A stretch of DNA of 64,000 nucleotides from an uncultured bacterium. GTDB taxonomy: Bacteria; Babelota; Babeliae; Babelales; Babelaceae. Numbering within the stretch: the first letter of the stretch is position 1; the number at the start of each line of letters is the position of its first letter. Both the position numbers and the translations under genes were made by a program. The DNA lies in contig CAWFXL010000001.1 of NCBI GenBank assembly GCA_963819815.1, forward strand, positions 607,027-671,026. Reading direction: 5' to 3'. The notes beneath the pieces are model-generated. The model was not told where the DNA came from and searched no databases. It worked only from the letters and a program-made list of their open reading frames with translations. Shown here piece by piece: positions 40,113 through 49,401 of the stretch.

Positions 40113-41243
40113 ATGGAAAAAAGAGATTATTACGAAGTGCTCGGCCTTTCAAAATCGGCCACCCCAGAAGAAATAAAAGCTTCCTATCGCAAGCTTGCTA
40201 TGAAATATCATCCTGACCGCAATCCTGATAATAAGGAGGCTGAGGATAAGTTCAAAGAAGCCGCAGAAGCGTATGAAGTGCTTTCAAACTCCGAAAAACG
40301 TAAACAGTACGATCAATTTGGACACCAAGGTGCCATGGGCGGCTATGGTGGACAGGGGATGGATATGAATGATATCTTCAGGAATTTTGAAGATATCTTC
40401 GGTGACATTTTTGGGCAGCAGGGACAGCAGCAACGGCGCAAGGGGAAAAAAGCTGGACCTTCTCCAAAGCGAGGTCATGACCTCGTTAAAGAGATCAACC
40501 TTACTTTGCCGGAAGCATTTTCGGGCGTAAAAAAAGATATCAAACTCTATCACTTTGTACCTTGCGCAACCTGTGACGGACGGGGGATGCCAAAGGGAGC
40601 TAAGGCTCCTGAATGTTCAGAATGTCACGGGGCTGGACAAGTAGGATACAGACATGGCATTTTTATGTATTCTCAAACCTGCCAAGCATGTCATGGAGAA
40701 GGATTTACCATAAGTGACCCTTGCCCTACTTGTAAAGGACAAAGTCGCGTTCAACAATATGACACGATCAATGTTGCAATTCCCCAAGGAATCTTTGATG
40801 GTGCAGAGCTTCGCATGCAAGGCCTAGGAGATGCTGGTGTATTTGGAGGATCTGCTGGTGATCTCTATATTCGTGTACATGTCGCACCTGATAAAAAGTT
40901 CAAGCGGATCAATGATGACCTTGAATGCAGTATTACCCTTACCTACCCACAGTTGGTATTTGGGTGTCAATTGGACGTAGAAAATATTGATGGTACAAAA
41001 GAATCTATCAAGGTAAAACGGGGTACCGCTGTTGGCGAGCGAATCATTATTGCCCATAAAGGATTTCATAAAGTACGGGGATCAGGACGTGGCGATCTTA
41101 TTGTCATCGCCAAATGCCACATCCCTAAAAATCTTTCGCCGGAAGCTGAGAAACTCCTCAAAGAATATTCTGATCTTATCGGAACGAGTACGCAGGAAGA
41201 AGAAGGTAGCATTACCAGCTTCTTTAAAAAGTTCTTGCGTTAA
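40113..41243 (+). CDS. dnaJ: Molecular chaperone DnaJ
   Basis: It has a J-domain with HPDRNP, a G/F-rich linker and four CxxCxGxG fingers (CATCDGRG, CSECHGAG, CQACHGEG, CPTCKGQS). The ATG at 40113 was preferred. No dnaK or grpE is adjacent. Confidence 0.95.
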   Translation: MEKRDYYEVLGLSKSATPEEIKASYRKLAMKYHPDRNPDNKEAEDKFKEAAEAYEVLSNSEKRKQYDQFGHQGAMGGYGGQGMDMNDIFRNFEDIFGDIFGQQGQQQRRKGKKAGPSPKRGHDLVKEINLTLPEAFSGVKKDIKLYHFVPCATCDGRGMPKGAKAPECSECHGAGQVGYRHGIFMYSQTCQACHGEGFTISDPCPTCKGQSRVQQYDTINVAIPQGIFDGAELRMQGLGDAGVFGGSAGDLYIRVHVAPDKKFKRINDDLECSITLTYPQLVFGCQLDVENIDGTKESIKVKRGTAVGERIIIAHKGFHKVRGSGRGDLIVIAKCHIPKNLSPEAEKLLKEYSDLIGTSTQEEEGSITSFFKKFLR

Positions 41244-41391
41244 AACTATGTATCGGTTGTTTCAAGCGTACTTTCAGCTGCATAGGCACATTTTTTCTGC
41301 ATACCTCTGAGTACACACAGACCTCTGTGCAAGAAAGAACTCTTGACAGGAAAATCCTCCCTTGGTACCGTGTAATTGAAAGGAGTATCAG

Positions 41392-42060
41392 ATGTGTTTT
41401 TCTGCCCGCATGAGCTTTTTAGCTGCCGGATTATTGGTAAGTATCGCTATTGCCACCTATCGCAAGATACGGGAATTTAATGAGATTCCTTTTGCCTCGA
41501 TTCCTCTTGCCTTTGCAATTCAGCAAGCTCTCGAGGGAGCTCTCTGGCTCTTACTAAACCAAGGTACACATCCTGGACTCACAGCACTTTGTATGTACGG
41601 ATTTCTTGGGTTTGCCGTGGTATTTTGGCCTGTCTTTATACCCTTTGCGCTCATTCTTATAGAACATCATCCCCTAAGACGTGCGATTATGGGATTTTGT
41701 CTTATCATGGGAAGTACCTGGTCTTTGGCCAGCTTATGGTATCTCATACATGTCGGTGCCACCGTTCAGATTCAGTCTCACCATATCGCCTATACGTTGC
41801 CCGGCTTTGAAAGTATTACGGGACTCCAGTTGCTCATACTGTATAGCTGTATAGTACTTACACCCTTCCTTGTTTCAAGCGATTTTGTCTTGAGACTCGT
41901 TGGTTGCCTTATTGGGGTTTCCTGCCTTATATCATATCTTGTGTGGTACTATTATTTTACCTCAATCTGGTGCTTCTTCGCAGCAATAATCAGTCTAGCC
42001 ATTTACGCTGTCATTATTCATCGTAACCAGAATACTAGACCGAAACAAAACGCTTCTTAA
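41392..42060 (+). CDS. Hypothetical polytopic membrane protein
   Basis: 222 aa with ~6-7 hydrophobic helices. AAAGGAG lies upstream. Confidence 0.55.
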   Translation: MCFSARMSFLAAGLLVSIAIATYRKIREFNEIPFASIPLAFAIQQALEGALWLLLNQGTHPGLTALCMYGFLGFAVVFWPVFIPFALILIEHHPLRRAIMGFCLIMGSTWSLASLWYLIHVGATVQIQSHHIAYTLPGFESITGLQLLILYSCIVLTPFLVSSDFVLRLVGCLIGVSCLISYLVWYYYFTSIWCFFAAIISLAIYAVIIHRNQNTRPKQNAS

Positions 42061-43147
42061 GACTTTTTTGTGAGTAAGCAACTGACTTTGACTGTGAGAT
42101 GTGCATCTTTCGCAAGAGACTAAAAAAGAATTCTCGCTCATGCCCTTTAATTACCGCCTGCTCATGAGCCTCTGAAAGAGCAATCGGATAGCCATTCCCT
42201 TTAACTGATTGATCACAAAGAATAGATAATACCGTATCTAATAACGCAGGATCTTCAGCAACCCATCGAGGCATCTCAACTCGAGCAATTTCATCCCCAA
42301 CATTGAGATACGCAAAATAGGGAACAAGATGTGGAGGATATTCCTTTGCTAACGGTGAGTTGTGGGTAAATACCGTAGTGCGTTCAGAGGGCTTGAGAAA
42401 GGATCCAATAATATCTGTATCTACCGTAGTAAGCAAAATATCCCCTTCAACGATCGGCCCCTTCTTTTGAGCTATACAATTTTTAATCAGTGCAACCAAC
42501 TCTTTGCTCTTTGGCAGACTAATATATCCTGCTATCGGTACGCGAGCCTGATAAAACTCATCAAGTAACCCCATATACCGTTTTAAAAAGCGTTCTTTAA
42601 CAACGGGACTTTTAGATTCGAGATGCCAAAATATTAAGGATCCATCACAGAGAAACACAAAAGGAACTTCAGGATAGGTGCGCATCACCTCTTTCGATGC
42701 TGCGAGTCCTACCTCAAATTCAAGTTCGGCCCGTCGACAATTCACCAGATCTTCAGAAATAAAAGTCTCATCATCATTCTGGGTAACAATCAGCGGAGAA
42801 GATTCAAGCTTTACCTCTGAAGAATTAGTACCATATACAAATTGAGCAGTACCACTATTTAAAACAAAGCAGGGAACACCCTGATGTTTATCGGGATAGA
42901 TTTGCGATCCATCAGTAGCGATAACCGCATAAGGATGCGGCTGTTGGCGTATAGGCACCCTTGCATCCAGAGGACCTTCCCAAAGAGGAACTGGATTAGG
43001 GCCAACCTTGAGAGCTTCAAGTATCTCAGGATGTTCACGTATAAAGAGAAAGAGCTCATGTGCACGGATATACTCATGTGAAAGTTCGGCATACAGATCA
43101 GGTAACGCGCGAGCTATCTCCTGCATTATTTTTAGGGGATCAAGCAT
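42035..43147 (-). CDS. NurA-like nuclease-domain protein (tentative)
   Basis: 370 aa. Two DGS motifs (VIATDGSQIYPD, FLCDGSLIFWHLE) have NurA-like spacing. The start ATGCTTGA overlaps the sufU stop by 8 nt. Confidence 0.4.
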   Translation of the reverse strand: MLDPLKIMQEIARALPDLYAELSHEYIRAHELFLFIREHPEILEALKVGPNPVPLWEGPLDARVPIRQQPHPYAVIATDGSQIYPDKHQGVPCFVLNSGTAQFVYGTNSSEVKLESSPLIVTQNDDETFISEDLVNCRRAELEFEVGLAASKEVMRTYPEVPFVFLCDGSLIFWHLESKSPVVKERFLKRYMGLLDEFYQARVPIAGYISLPKSKELVALIKNCIAQKKGPIVEGDILLTTVDTDIIGSFLKPSERTTVFTHNSPLAKEYPPHLVPYFAYLNVGDEIARVEMPRWVAEDPALLDTVLSILCDQSVKGNGYPIALSEAHEQAVIKGHEREFFFSLLRKMHISQSKSVAYSQKSLKKRFVSV

Positions 43148-43535
43148 TATCGCCTCCTTGTCTATACAGCTCTAGCGTTTTATGTAATGTTTCCAAAGCC
43201 AATAGAGCACAACGCATTCTAGTGGGCCCAAGCGTTATCCCAAGAAGAGCGAGCATTCTTTCTTGGGAAAGATTCTTAAGCTCCTCAAGCGAGCTGTGTT
43301 TGACACGCTCCGTAAGCATCGAAGCCGATGCTTGGCTGATTACACACCCTTTACCTTGAAATGCTATGCCCGTTAAGCGGCCATCCTCGACACGTATGGA
43401 AAGAGCAATTCTATCGCCACATGAAGGATTAAACACTTCAGCAGATATCTGCGCATCTACAAGATCACCATAGTTGCGCGGATGACGGTAATGTTCAAGT
43501 AATTCTTCTCTATAGAGAGGTTCATCCATAAGCAC
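43140..43535 (-). CDS. sufU: SufU/IscU-type Fe-S cluster scaffold / sulfur acceptor
   Basis: 131 aa. HYRHPRNYG is present along with three Cys ligands in NPSCGD, GKGCVISQAS and RMRCALL. Confidence 0.85.
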   Translation of the reverse strand: MLMDEPLYREELLEHYRHPRNYGDLVDAQISAEVFNPSCGDRIALSIRVEDGRLTGIAFQGKGCVISQASASMLTERVKHSSLEELKNLSQERMLALLGITLGPTRMRCALLALETLHKTLELYRQGGDNA

Positions 43536-43704
43536 CCATATATCCTGTTAACTCTCTACTAGTGTAGAATATTTTAAGGATAACCTAAAGCTCAACTATC
43601 CCAGTCTTAAGGGTGCGTACTGTTTCCACTCACAGCCTGAGAAAAATGGCTCATCTCTTTTTTTTTCGAGCACAAATCTTCTATACTTCAAACAAAAGAG
43701 GTTT

Positions 43705-44514
43705 ATGATGAAACACGATGCGCCAACACATCTTCTCTGGGACTTAGGAAATACTCTAGTTGCTATAAACTCATTCTCTATGGCACGGTATTTGGGACTC
43801 ACCGATATGATGCTGTATTCACTTATTGAGCGCAAACCGCACAGAGAGATTTTTGATAAGGCTGTTGCGCTGCTTGCCCTTCTCTCAGACCGGGAAGCTG
43901 AAATTAGTCTTGCAACTGCCTATGGAAAGCCTATCCCACCACTCGTCCGCCAGTGGCTCACCGGCGACATCACCCGTGCTCAAACAAACCGATTCCTCGA
44001 GAGAGACTCTCTTGAAAGCTATGTTCCGAAGGGCTTCTTTTCAAGTAAGCGAGAAGCGCGACTTGTTAAGAAACTCCTAGAAGCCCTTACTCAACCCGAA
44101 ACATTTACTGCTGCAACCCGCATGATCAAAGAAGGAATACGCCTCTTAGAAGAATGCGCCGCCCAGTATGACGAACAAGGGAACCAAAGAAATACGCTGT
44201 TCGTTTTATCAAACTGGGACCCCTACTCATTTAAGACGATGCTTGAAGCCACACACTTACAGGACCTCTTTACCTACTTTGAACGAAAGAATCTGATTAT
44301 TTCTGGCGAAGTAGGCCTCATCAAGCCTTACCAAGAAATCTATTCCTATGTCCTTGCTACCTATCAGCTAACTCCTTCACAGTGCGTTCTCATCGACGAC
44401 CAAGTAGAAAATATTCTTGGAGCACAGCATATGGGTATGCACGCTATTCTTTTTAAAGAAGGAAACTATGAAGAAGTAAGGAAAGAGCTCTGTGCCCTCA
44501 AGGTTATTCGCTAA
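43705..44514 (+). CDS. HAD-superfamily hydrolase (atypical motif I)
   Basis: Motif I is WDLGNTLV, with the second Asp replaced. The C-terminal CVLIDDQVENILGAQHMGMHAILF is HAD motif IV. Confidence 0.6.
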   Translation: MMKHDAPTHLLWDLGNTLVAINSFSMARYLGLTDMMLYSLIERKPHREIFDKAVALLALLSDREAEISLATAYGKPIPPLVRQWLTGDITRAQTNRFLERDSLESYVPKGFFSSKREARLVKKLLEALTQPETFTAATRMIKEGIRLLEECAAQYDEQGNQRNTLFVLSNWDPYSFKTMLEATHLQDLFTYFERKNLIISGEVGLIKPYQEIYSYVLATYQLTPSQCVLIDDQVENILGAQHMGMHAILFKEGNYEEVRKELCALKVIR

Positions 44515-44590
44515 ATTCCCCTATTATTGTTTCTCAAAAAATGGCTCGATTGCTATCAAGCTGAGATAAACTTCCACAGGAGTTATCGAT

Positions 44591-45169
44591 CTAAAACTCG
44601 CTAGGCTTCAGTTCTGCTTCATCTTCAAGAGACGGTATCGTGGAGCGAGAGGTTTTAAAGACGGCTATATATAAGCCTATAAGCCAAAGAGTTATAAAGA
44701 TATTCCACCCGATAACAAAGCTCGCATGAAGAATGGCGCTATTACCCTCGATCAGGAGATAATACAGGTGTACGCCTGAACCACCTAAGAGCCATATGCT
44801 CGATCCGATGACCGTTGCAAGCCAAAACTCTTTATGAAAAATCGGGCTAATTAGTCCTAAAGCTCCTAAGCTCAACTCAGAGAAGGCTAACTCATACTGA
44901 AAAGGAGACCAACTCCAGGCAAGACAGGCAGCTATTTCAGGACCATAGAGTATCTGCCCCAAGAACCCCGTTATGAACAGGCATCCAACATTAAAAAAGA
45001 GGGCATACTTTAAAAGAAGCGCAGGAATGTACCGATGGGTATATCCAACACCAAGTGCAATGATAGCCACGGGAAATATGAGAGAGAGGCCGAATAGCAC
45101 AAGCGAAAGGACCGTATTAAGGCACATAAACGACATGGCTTCTTGCATGCTCATTCCTCGGCAGTTCAA
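44591..45169 (-). CDS. Hypothetical polytopic membrane protein
   Basis: 192 aa with ~6 hydrophobic helices. The start is uncertain. Confidence 0.5.
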   Translation of the reverse strand: MNCRGMSMQEAMSFMCLNTVLSLVLFGLSLIFPVAIIALGVGYTHRYIPALLLKYALFFNVGCLFITGFLGQILYGPEIAACLAWSWSPFQYELAFSELSLGALGLISPIFHKEFWLATVIGSSIWLLGGSGVHLYYLLIEGNSAILHASFVIGWNIFITLWLIGLYIAVFKTSRSTIPSLEDEAELKPSEF

Positions 45170-45233
45170 AATAGTTCACTTAGGCAATAACAATATTTAT
45201 TATTATATCATTTTTTTAAAATATCAACAACAA

Positions 45234-46451
45234 TCAGGCCCCTTTTCTCAAGGATCCCTTTTCAAGGTCCTCAAGGGCCGAAAGTAATCGATCTACATCG
45301 TCTAAAGACGAATACCCATAGAAGCTCACTCGTACCGATGCATCAATACCTAAACTCGCATGAAGAGGCTGAGCACAATGATTTCCTGCTCGAACACAAA
45401 TCAACTTTGTATCAAGAAAGGCTGCAATATCATGAGCATGAGCCTTTGAGCTCACAAAACTAACCATATGGCCAGACCGAGCAAGCTCTTCTTTTGGCCC
45501 TAGAATGGTGATACTGGGAAGCTTTGTAAGACCTTCAAGCAAACGAGCACATAGGGCAGCTTCATGCTGTGCAAGCTCTTCAAAAGAGATTCTGTAAAGG
45601 TAGTGTATAGCTGCTTCAAGGCCAATGGCCTGCGCAATGGGTGGCGTTCCCGCCTCATACCTTAAGGGTGCTTTTGCTACCTGATAGTCATGAAAAGAAA
45701 CCGATTGAACCATGCCACCACCAAGCTGATAGGATGCGACTTCTGGCTGTACTTGACGAGCAATATAGAGTACCCCAATACCCGTAGGGCCAAGCATTTT
45801 ATGACCCGAAAACACCACAAAATCTGCTCCCAAAGCATTCAGTACCAGATGCGTGCGCCCTGCTGCTTGGCAGGCATCTACCAGAACCTTCGCCCCAACT
45901 GCTTTTGCATGTGCGATGATCAAAGGCAGATCTACCTGGGTACCGAGTACATTCGACGTATGAGTAACTGCCACGAGCTTTGTTTTTGAGGTTAGCATCG
46001 CTGCATAAGCTTCATAATTAAGAACGCCCCGAGCATGTAAGGGAATATATTTAACCACACACCCTTTTTCTGCCTCCAAACGCAGCCAAGGAAGGATGTT
46101 TGCATGGTGCTCAAGCTCTGAGATAATAATTTCATCACCGGGTACTAGCTGCTTTGCAGCCCAGCTTGAAGCAATCAGATTAATACCCTCGGTAGCCCCT
46201 TTGGTAAAAATTATTTCATCAGGTTGAGCCCCACAATAGACAGCTACAGAGGTTCGTGCCTGTTCATACTGTGTCGTAGCTTCCTCAGCCAGGGTATAAA
46301 TACCTCGATGCACCGGAGCATTGTGCGTACTGTAGAAGGTTGTCAGAGCTTCTATAACCTCAAGAGGCTTCTGCGTGGTTGCAGCATTATCTAAGTAGCT
46401 TAAAGCCTTGTGGATTGTAAATAAGGGAAAGTCTTTTTTGGGAAATATCAT
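45234..46451 (-). CDS. sufS: Cysteine desulfurase SufS (class V aminotransferase)
   Basis: 405 aa. The PLP-Lys motif is FSGHKMLGPTGIGVLY and the catalytic Cys lies in VRAGNHCAQPL. Confidence 0.9.
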   Translation of the reverse strand: MIFPKKDFPLFTIHKALSYLDNAATTQKPLEVIEALTTFYSTHNAPVHRGIYTLAEEATTQYEQARTSVAVYCGAQPDEIIFTKGATEGINLIASSWAAKQLVPGDEIIISELEHHANILPWLRLEAEKGCVVKYIPLHARGVLNYEAYAAMLTSKTKLVAVTHTSNVLGTQVDLPLIIAHAKAVGAKVLVDACQAAGRTHLVLNALGADFVVFSGHKMLGPTGIGVLYIARQVQPEVASYQLGGGMVQSVSFHDYQVAKAPLRYEAGTPPIAQAIGLEAAIHYLYRISFEELAQHEAALCARLLEGLTKLPSITILGPKEELARSGHMVSFVSSKAHAHDIAAFLDTKLICVRAGNHCAQPLHASLGIDASVRVSFYGYSSLDDVDRLLSALEDLEKGSLRKGA

Positions 46452-46751
46452 TAAGAAATGCCTCCATAGGTCAAAGGTACCTTAAATGACCCTATTATAC
46501 AAGGGTACTTTCCCCCCAAAAGCCGCCTAGAATTTCCAAAAACCACCAATCAATAGCAGTTTTCGATGATTACTAGGTTAATACATACGTCTAGCAGCCA
46601 CCACCACCCCCTGCCAAAAAACTTGGACCTCTCCAGATTCTTTGATTCGCTCGTGCCAAAGGCATATTGCCCACCAGGGGATCCTATTTGAAAATATTAT
46701 GATTTTATGATATGCTCTTATAGAGCAAATAAATAAAAAAGGGAATACTCT

Positions 46752-49322
46752 ATGAAAACGTTAAAGCGACTTTTTAAACTACTTCTTATATGCCTTTTCA
46801 GTGCGCAGTCGCAGGTCAACTGGCAGCTTCGTGCCATGAATGTAGATGCACAAGTGCTACAAGAAAATCAACCGGAAAACAATCCAGTTCTGCCAGAAGG
46901 TGTTTTCGCACTACCAGGAAGTCCAGGCAAGTCAAAAAATGGCTGGCATATCAGGAACATTTCAAACCAAGAACTCTACGCAGCCTGGTATCTTTTTAAA
47001 GATCAACCAAACGGTGTATGGACTCGTATTGATGAACAAATGCACATCCTAAAGTGCGATGAGGAAAAACATATCCCCTTTCCCGATAGGCCTAACCTGG
47101 AAAAAAGATTCTTCGAGTTCAATCCTCAAAGGCGATTACTGGTCAGCACCAATCGGCATATCCATGCTGATGAAATTAAAGTAGATGCCGAAGGGAACCT
47201 TCCCCAAGGGATTGTAGCCTTTTCGCAGCATGACCTGGGGACATTTCAAGGCAAATGCACCTTACTTGTTACACAGAATGGCCCAGAAGTTCGCCTATTA
47301 AACAAGGATATCCGATTAAATAACACAACAAGCAAAGAACTCTATGCCGCCTTATATGATGTAGAGTTACAGGATGGAACCGCTACGAAATGTGACTTAG
47401 ATCAAAAGCTATCGCCACAGCTCAGTGCCATTCTTAAATTACCTCAATGGGGCCTAAGGTTGCAGAAATCTAAGAAAATCATTCTGCTGCTCTCTGAGAC
47501 TAAAGAAAAACTACAACCAAAAATGGCCCAGCAGGAATGGTCCAAACTTATCAATAAATCATTTGAATCATCAAACTGGTATGATTATTATTGGGTGGGG
47601 TCGTATGATATTATTATGAGTGTTGCGGGACACTACTCTATTGTAGGGCAAGGCGGAGGATTCTTCAATGCATGCCTCCGATCAATTGGGGATATCAATC
47701 CCTTTACGGTTAGAGAAATAGAGAATCTTGAAAACAAGCTGCAAGCAGCCCCCCTACCAGAAGCAAATCCTGATGTCGTGGTTACAACAGGAAAAACATC
47801 AAACTTACAGAGAGAAAAAGCCTATCTTGATGAGCGCATCAAGATAGTACGAAAAGCTTTGAATGACCTTATCAATGATCCAGAGTATATGCTTGACGCT
47901 GAAGAAGCACCCCCTACGGTAGCCTTTGTTTTTTCAGGCGGCGGCATTCGTGCTCTTACTGCAACTACAGGCTATCTCAGAGGAGCTGATAATGATGAGG
48001 GTGGAAATATCTTTAACTGCTCAACCCATATGATGGGTCTTTCTGGATCAACATGGGCAATCAATACCCTTGTTGCTTCAGGCATGAGGCCTAGTGAATT
48101 TGCAGAAAAACAACGGACCAAACTCGGAAAAGATATTAAACAGCTCTATTTTGAGCTGATTAATGACAGTATCGATTACAGGAAACGCCGTTTTATGCAA
48201 AGTCGTTATAATCAATATACAGGGATAATTGGGAACTATGGCCATGCCCTTGGTAATGCCCTATGTAAGGATTTCTCGGTCAATGGAAAGCAAACCCATG
48301 ATATTACCCTCTCTGACCTACAAGCTCATCTTGAAAAAGCTGAGTACCCCTTACCCATAAGTGTTGCCACATATTCAGGTGAAACTGACACCTTAAGGAC
48401 CTGGTACGAGTTCAGCCCTTATACGGTAGGTACTGCCCAACATGGCGGAGGATGGGTCGATACAAAATATTTTGGCTCACATTTTAAAGCTGGCAGTCTT
48501 CAGCAAGCCATTCCAGAGCTTCCACTTACCTATTATTTTGGAGTATGGGGATCAGCTTTTGCCCTTGCACCGCAAGATATAGCTAAGTCATCAACCCTAG
48601 GCGGCATTGCCGCGTATACTGTCAGTACATTAAGCTGGCTATCCAATCAGATTTGTGCACTTATGGCACGAAAGGTCTCAAAGACCGAAAGTGATAGACT
48701 CACCGAGGCACATATAGCGAACTTCTTCTATCAGATGAAGGATGGAAACGGTATGCATAGCATATTGGCGAATAAAGAAACAATTCCTCTCATTGATGGC
48801 GGAATTACCAAAGACGCCTCTCATCGGCACAACTTCGCTTCAGTCCCTGCACTTTGCCGAGAGATTGACGTTCTCATAATGTGTGATGCACATGAACATC
48901 CTAATAAGGATAAAGCATCTCACTTGGTAGCCGCTGCCAAAGAAGCTCGTCGCCTTGGGTTACCCTTCCCCGAAATAAAAGAGGAAGGACCTCAAGCAGA
49001 AGCCCTCAAAAAGCAGGTCTCCACGCTCATTATGCCGACTCATGATAATGAACCAATGGTACTCTATATGACCATCAAAAGGAACGCCATATATGATGAG
49101 AAGATAAAAGAGAACCTACATGAAGGATTTGATCCAGATTCAAGTGCTCCTTTTAAAGGTGGGAAACATTTTACTCCCACGGTCAACTTTAGTTATACAG
49201 AGGAACAGTATGACCTTCTTACAGGCCTATCTGAAGAGATCTTTATGCAAAGTAAGGAGCAGATAAAAGATGCACTTAAAAAAGCCATTAAAAGAAAAAG
49301 AAGCGCTCGTAAAAAAGCGTAG
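46752..49322 (+). CDS. Secreted cPLA2-type phospholipase, second paralog
   Basis: 856 aa with a signal peptide. Motifs are FVFSGGGIRALTA (GGGxR), MMGLSGSTWAINTL (GxSGS) and IPLIDGGITKD...IDVLIMCDAHE (Asp motif). The N-terminal ~370 aa contain two related modules (ELYAAWYLF.. / ELYAALYDV..). Confidence 0.75.
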   Translation: MKTLKRLFKLLLICLFSAQSQVNWQLRAMNVDAQVLQENQPENNPVLPEGVFALPGSPGKSKNGWHIRNISNQELYAAWYLFKDQPNGVWTRIDEQMHILKCDEEKHIPFPDRPNLEKRFFEFNPQRRLLVSTNRHIHADEIKVDAEGNLPQGIVAFSQHDLGTFQGKCTLLVTQNGPEVRLLNKDIRLNNTTSKELYAALYDVELQDGTATKCDLDQKLSPQLSAILKLPQWGLRLQKSKKIILLLSETKEKLQPKMAQQEWSKLINKSFESSNWYDYYWVGSYDIIMSVAGHYSIVGQGGGFFNACLRSIGDINPFTVREIENLENKLQAAPLPEANPDVVVTTGKTSNLQREKAYLDERIKIVRKALNDLINDPEYMLDAEEAPPTVAFVFSGGGIRALTATTGYLRGADNDEGGNIFNCSTHMMGLSGSTWAINTLVASGMRPSEFAEKQRTKLGKDIKQLYFELINDSIDYRKRRFMQSRYNQYTGIIGNYGHALGNALCKDFSVNGKQTHDITLSDLQAHLEKAEYPLPISVATYSGETDTLRTWYEFSPYTVGTAQHGGGWVDTKYFGSHFKAGSLQQAIPELPLTYYFGVWGSAFALAPQDIAKSSTLGGIAAYTVSTLSWLSNQICALMARKVSKTESDRLTEAHIANFFYQMKDGNGMHSILANKETIPLIDGGITKDASHRHNFASVPALCREIDVLIMCDAHEHPNKDKASHLVAAAKEARRLGLPFPEIKEEGPQAEALKKQVSTLIMPTHDNEPMVLYMTIKRNAIYDEKIKENLHEGFDPDSSAPFKGGKHFTPTVNFSYTEEQYDLLTGLSEEIFMQSKEQIKDALKKAIKRKRSARKKA

Positions 49323-49401
49323 ACTATTTTGCACAAAGGCGTACAATAATTTCTGAAGGGTATGCATAGTAGATGTATAACCGATTTCGGGAGTTTTCAA
49401 T

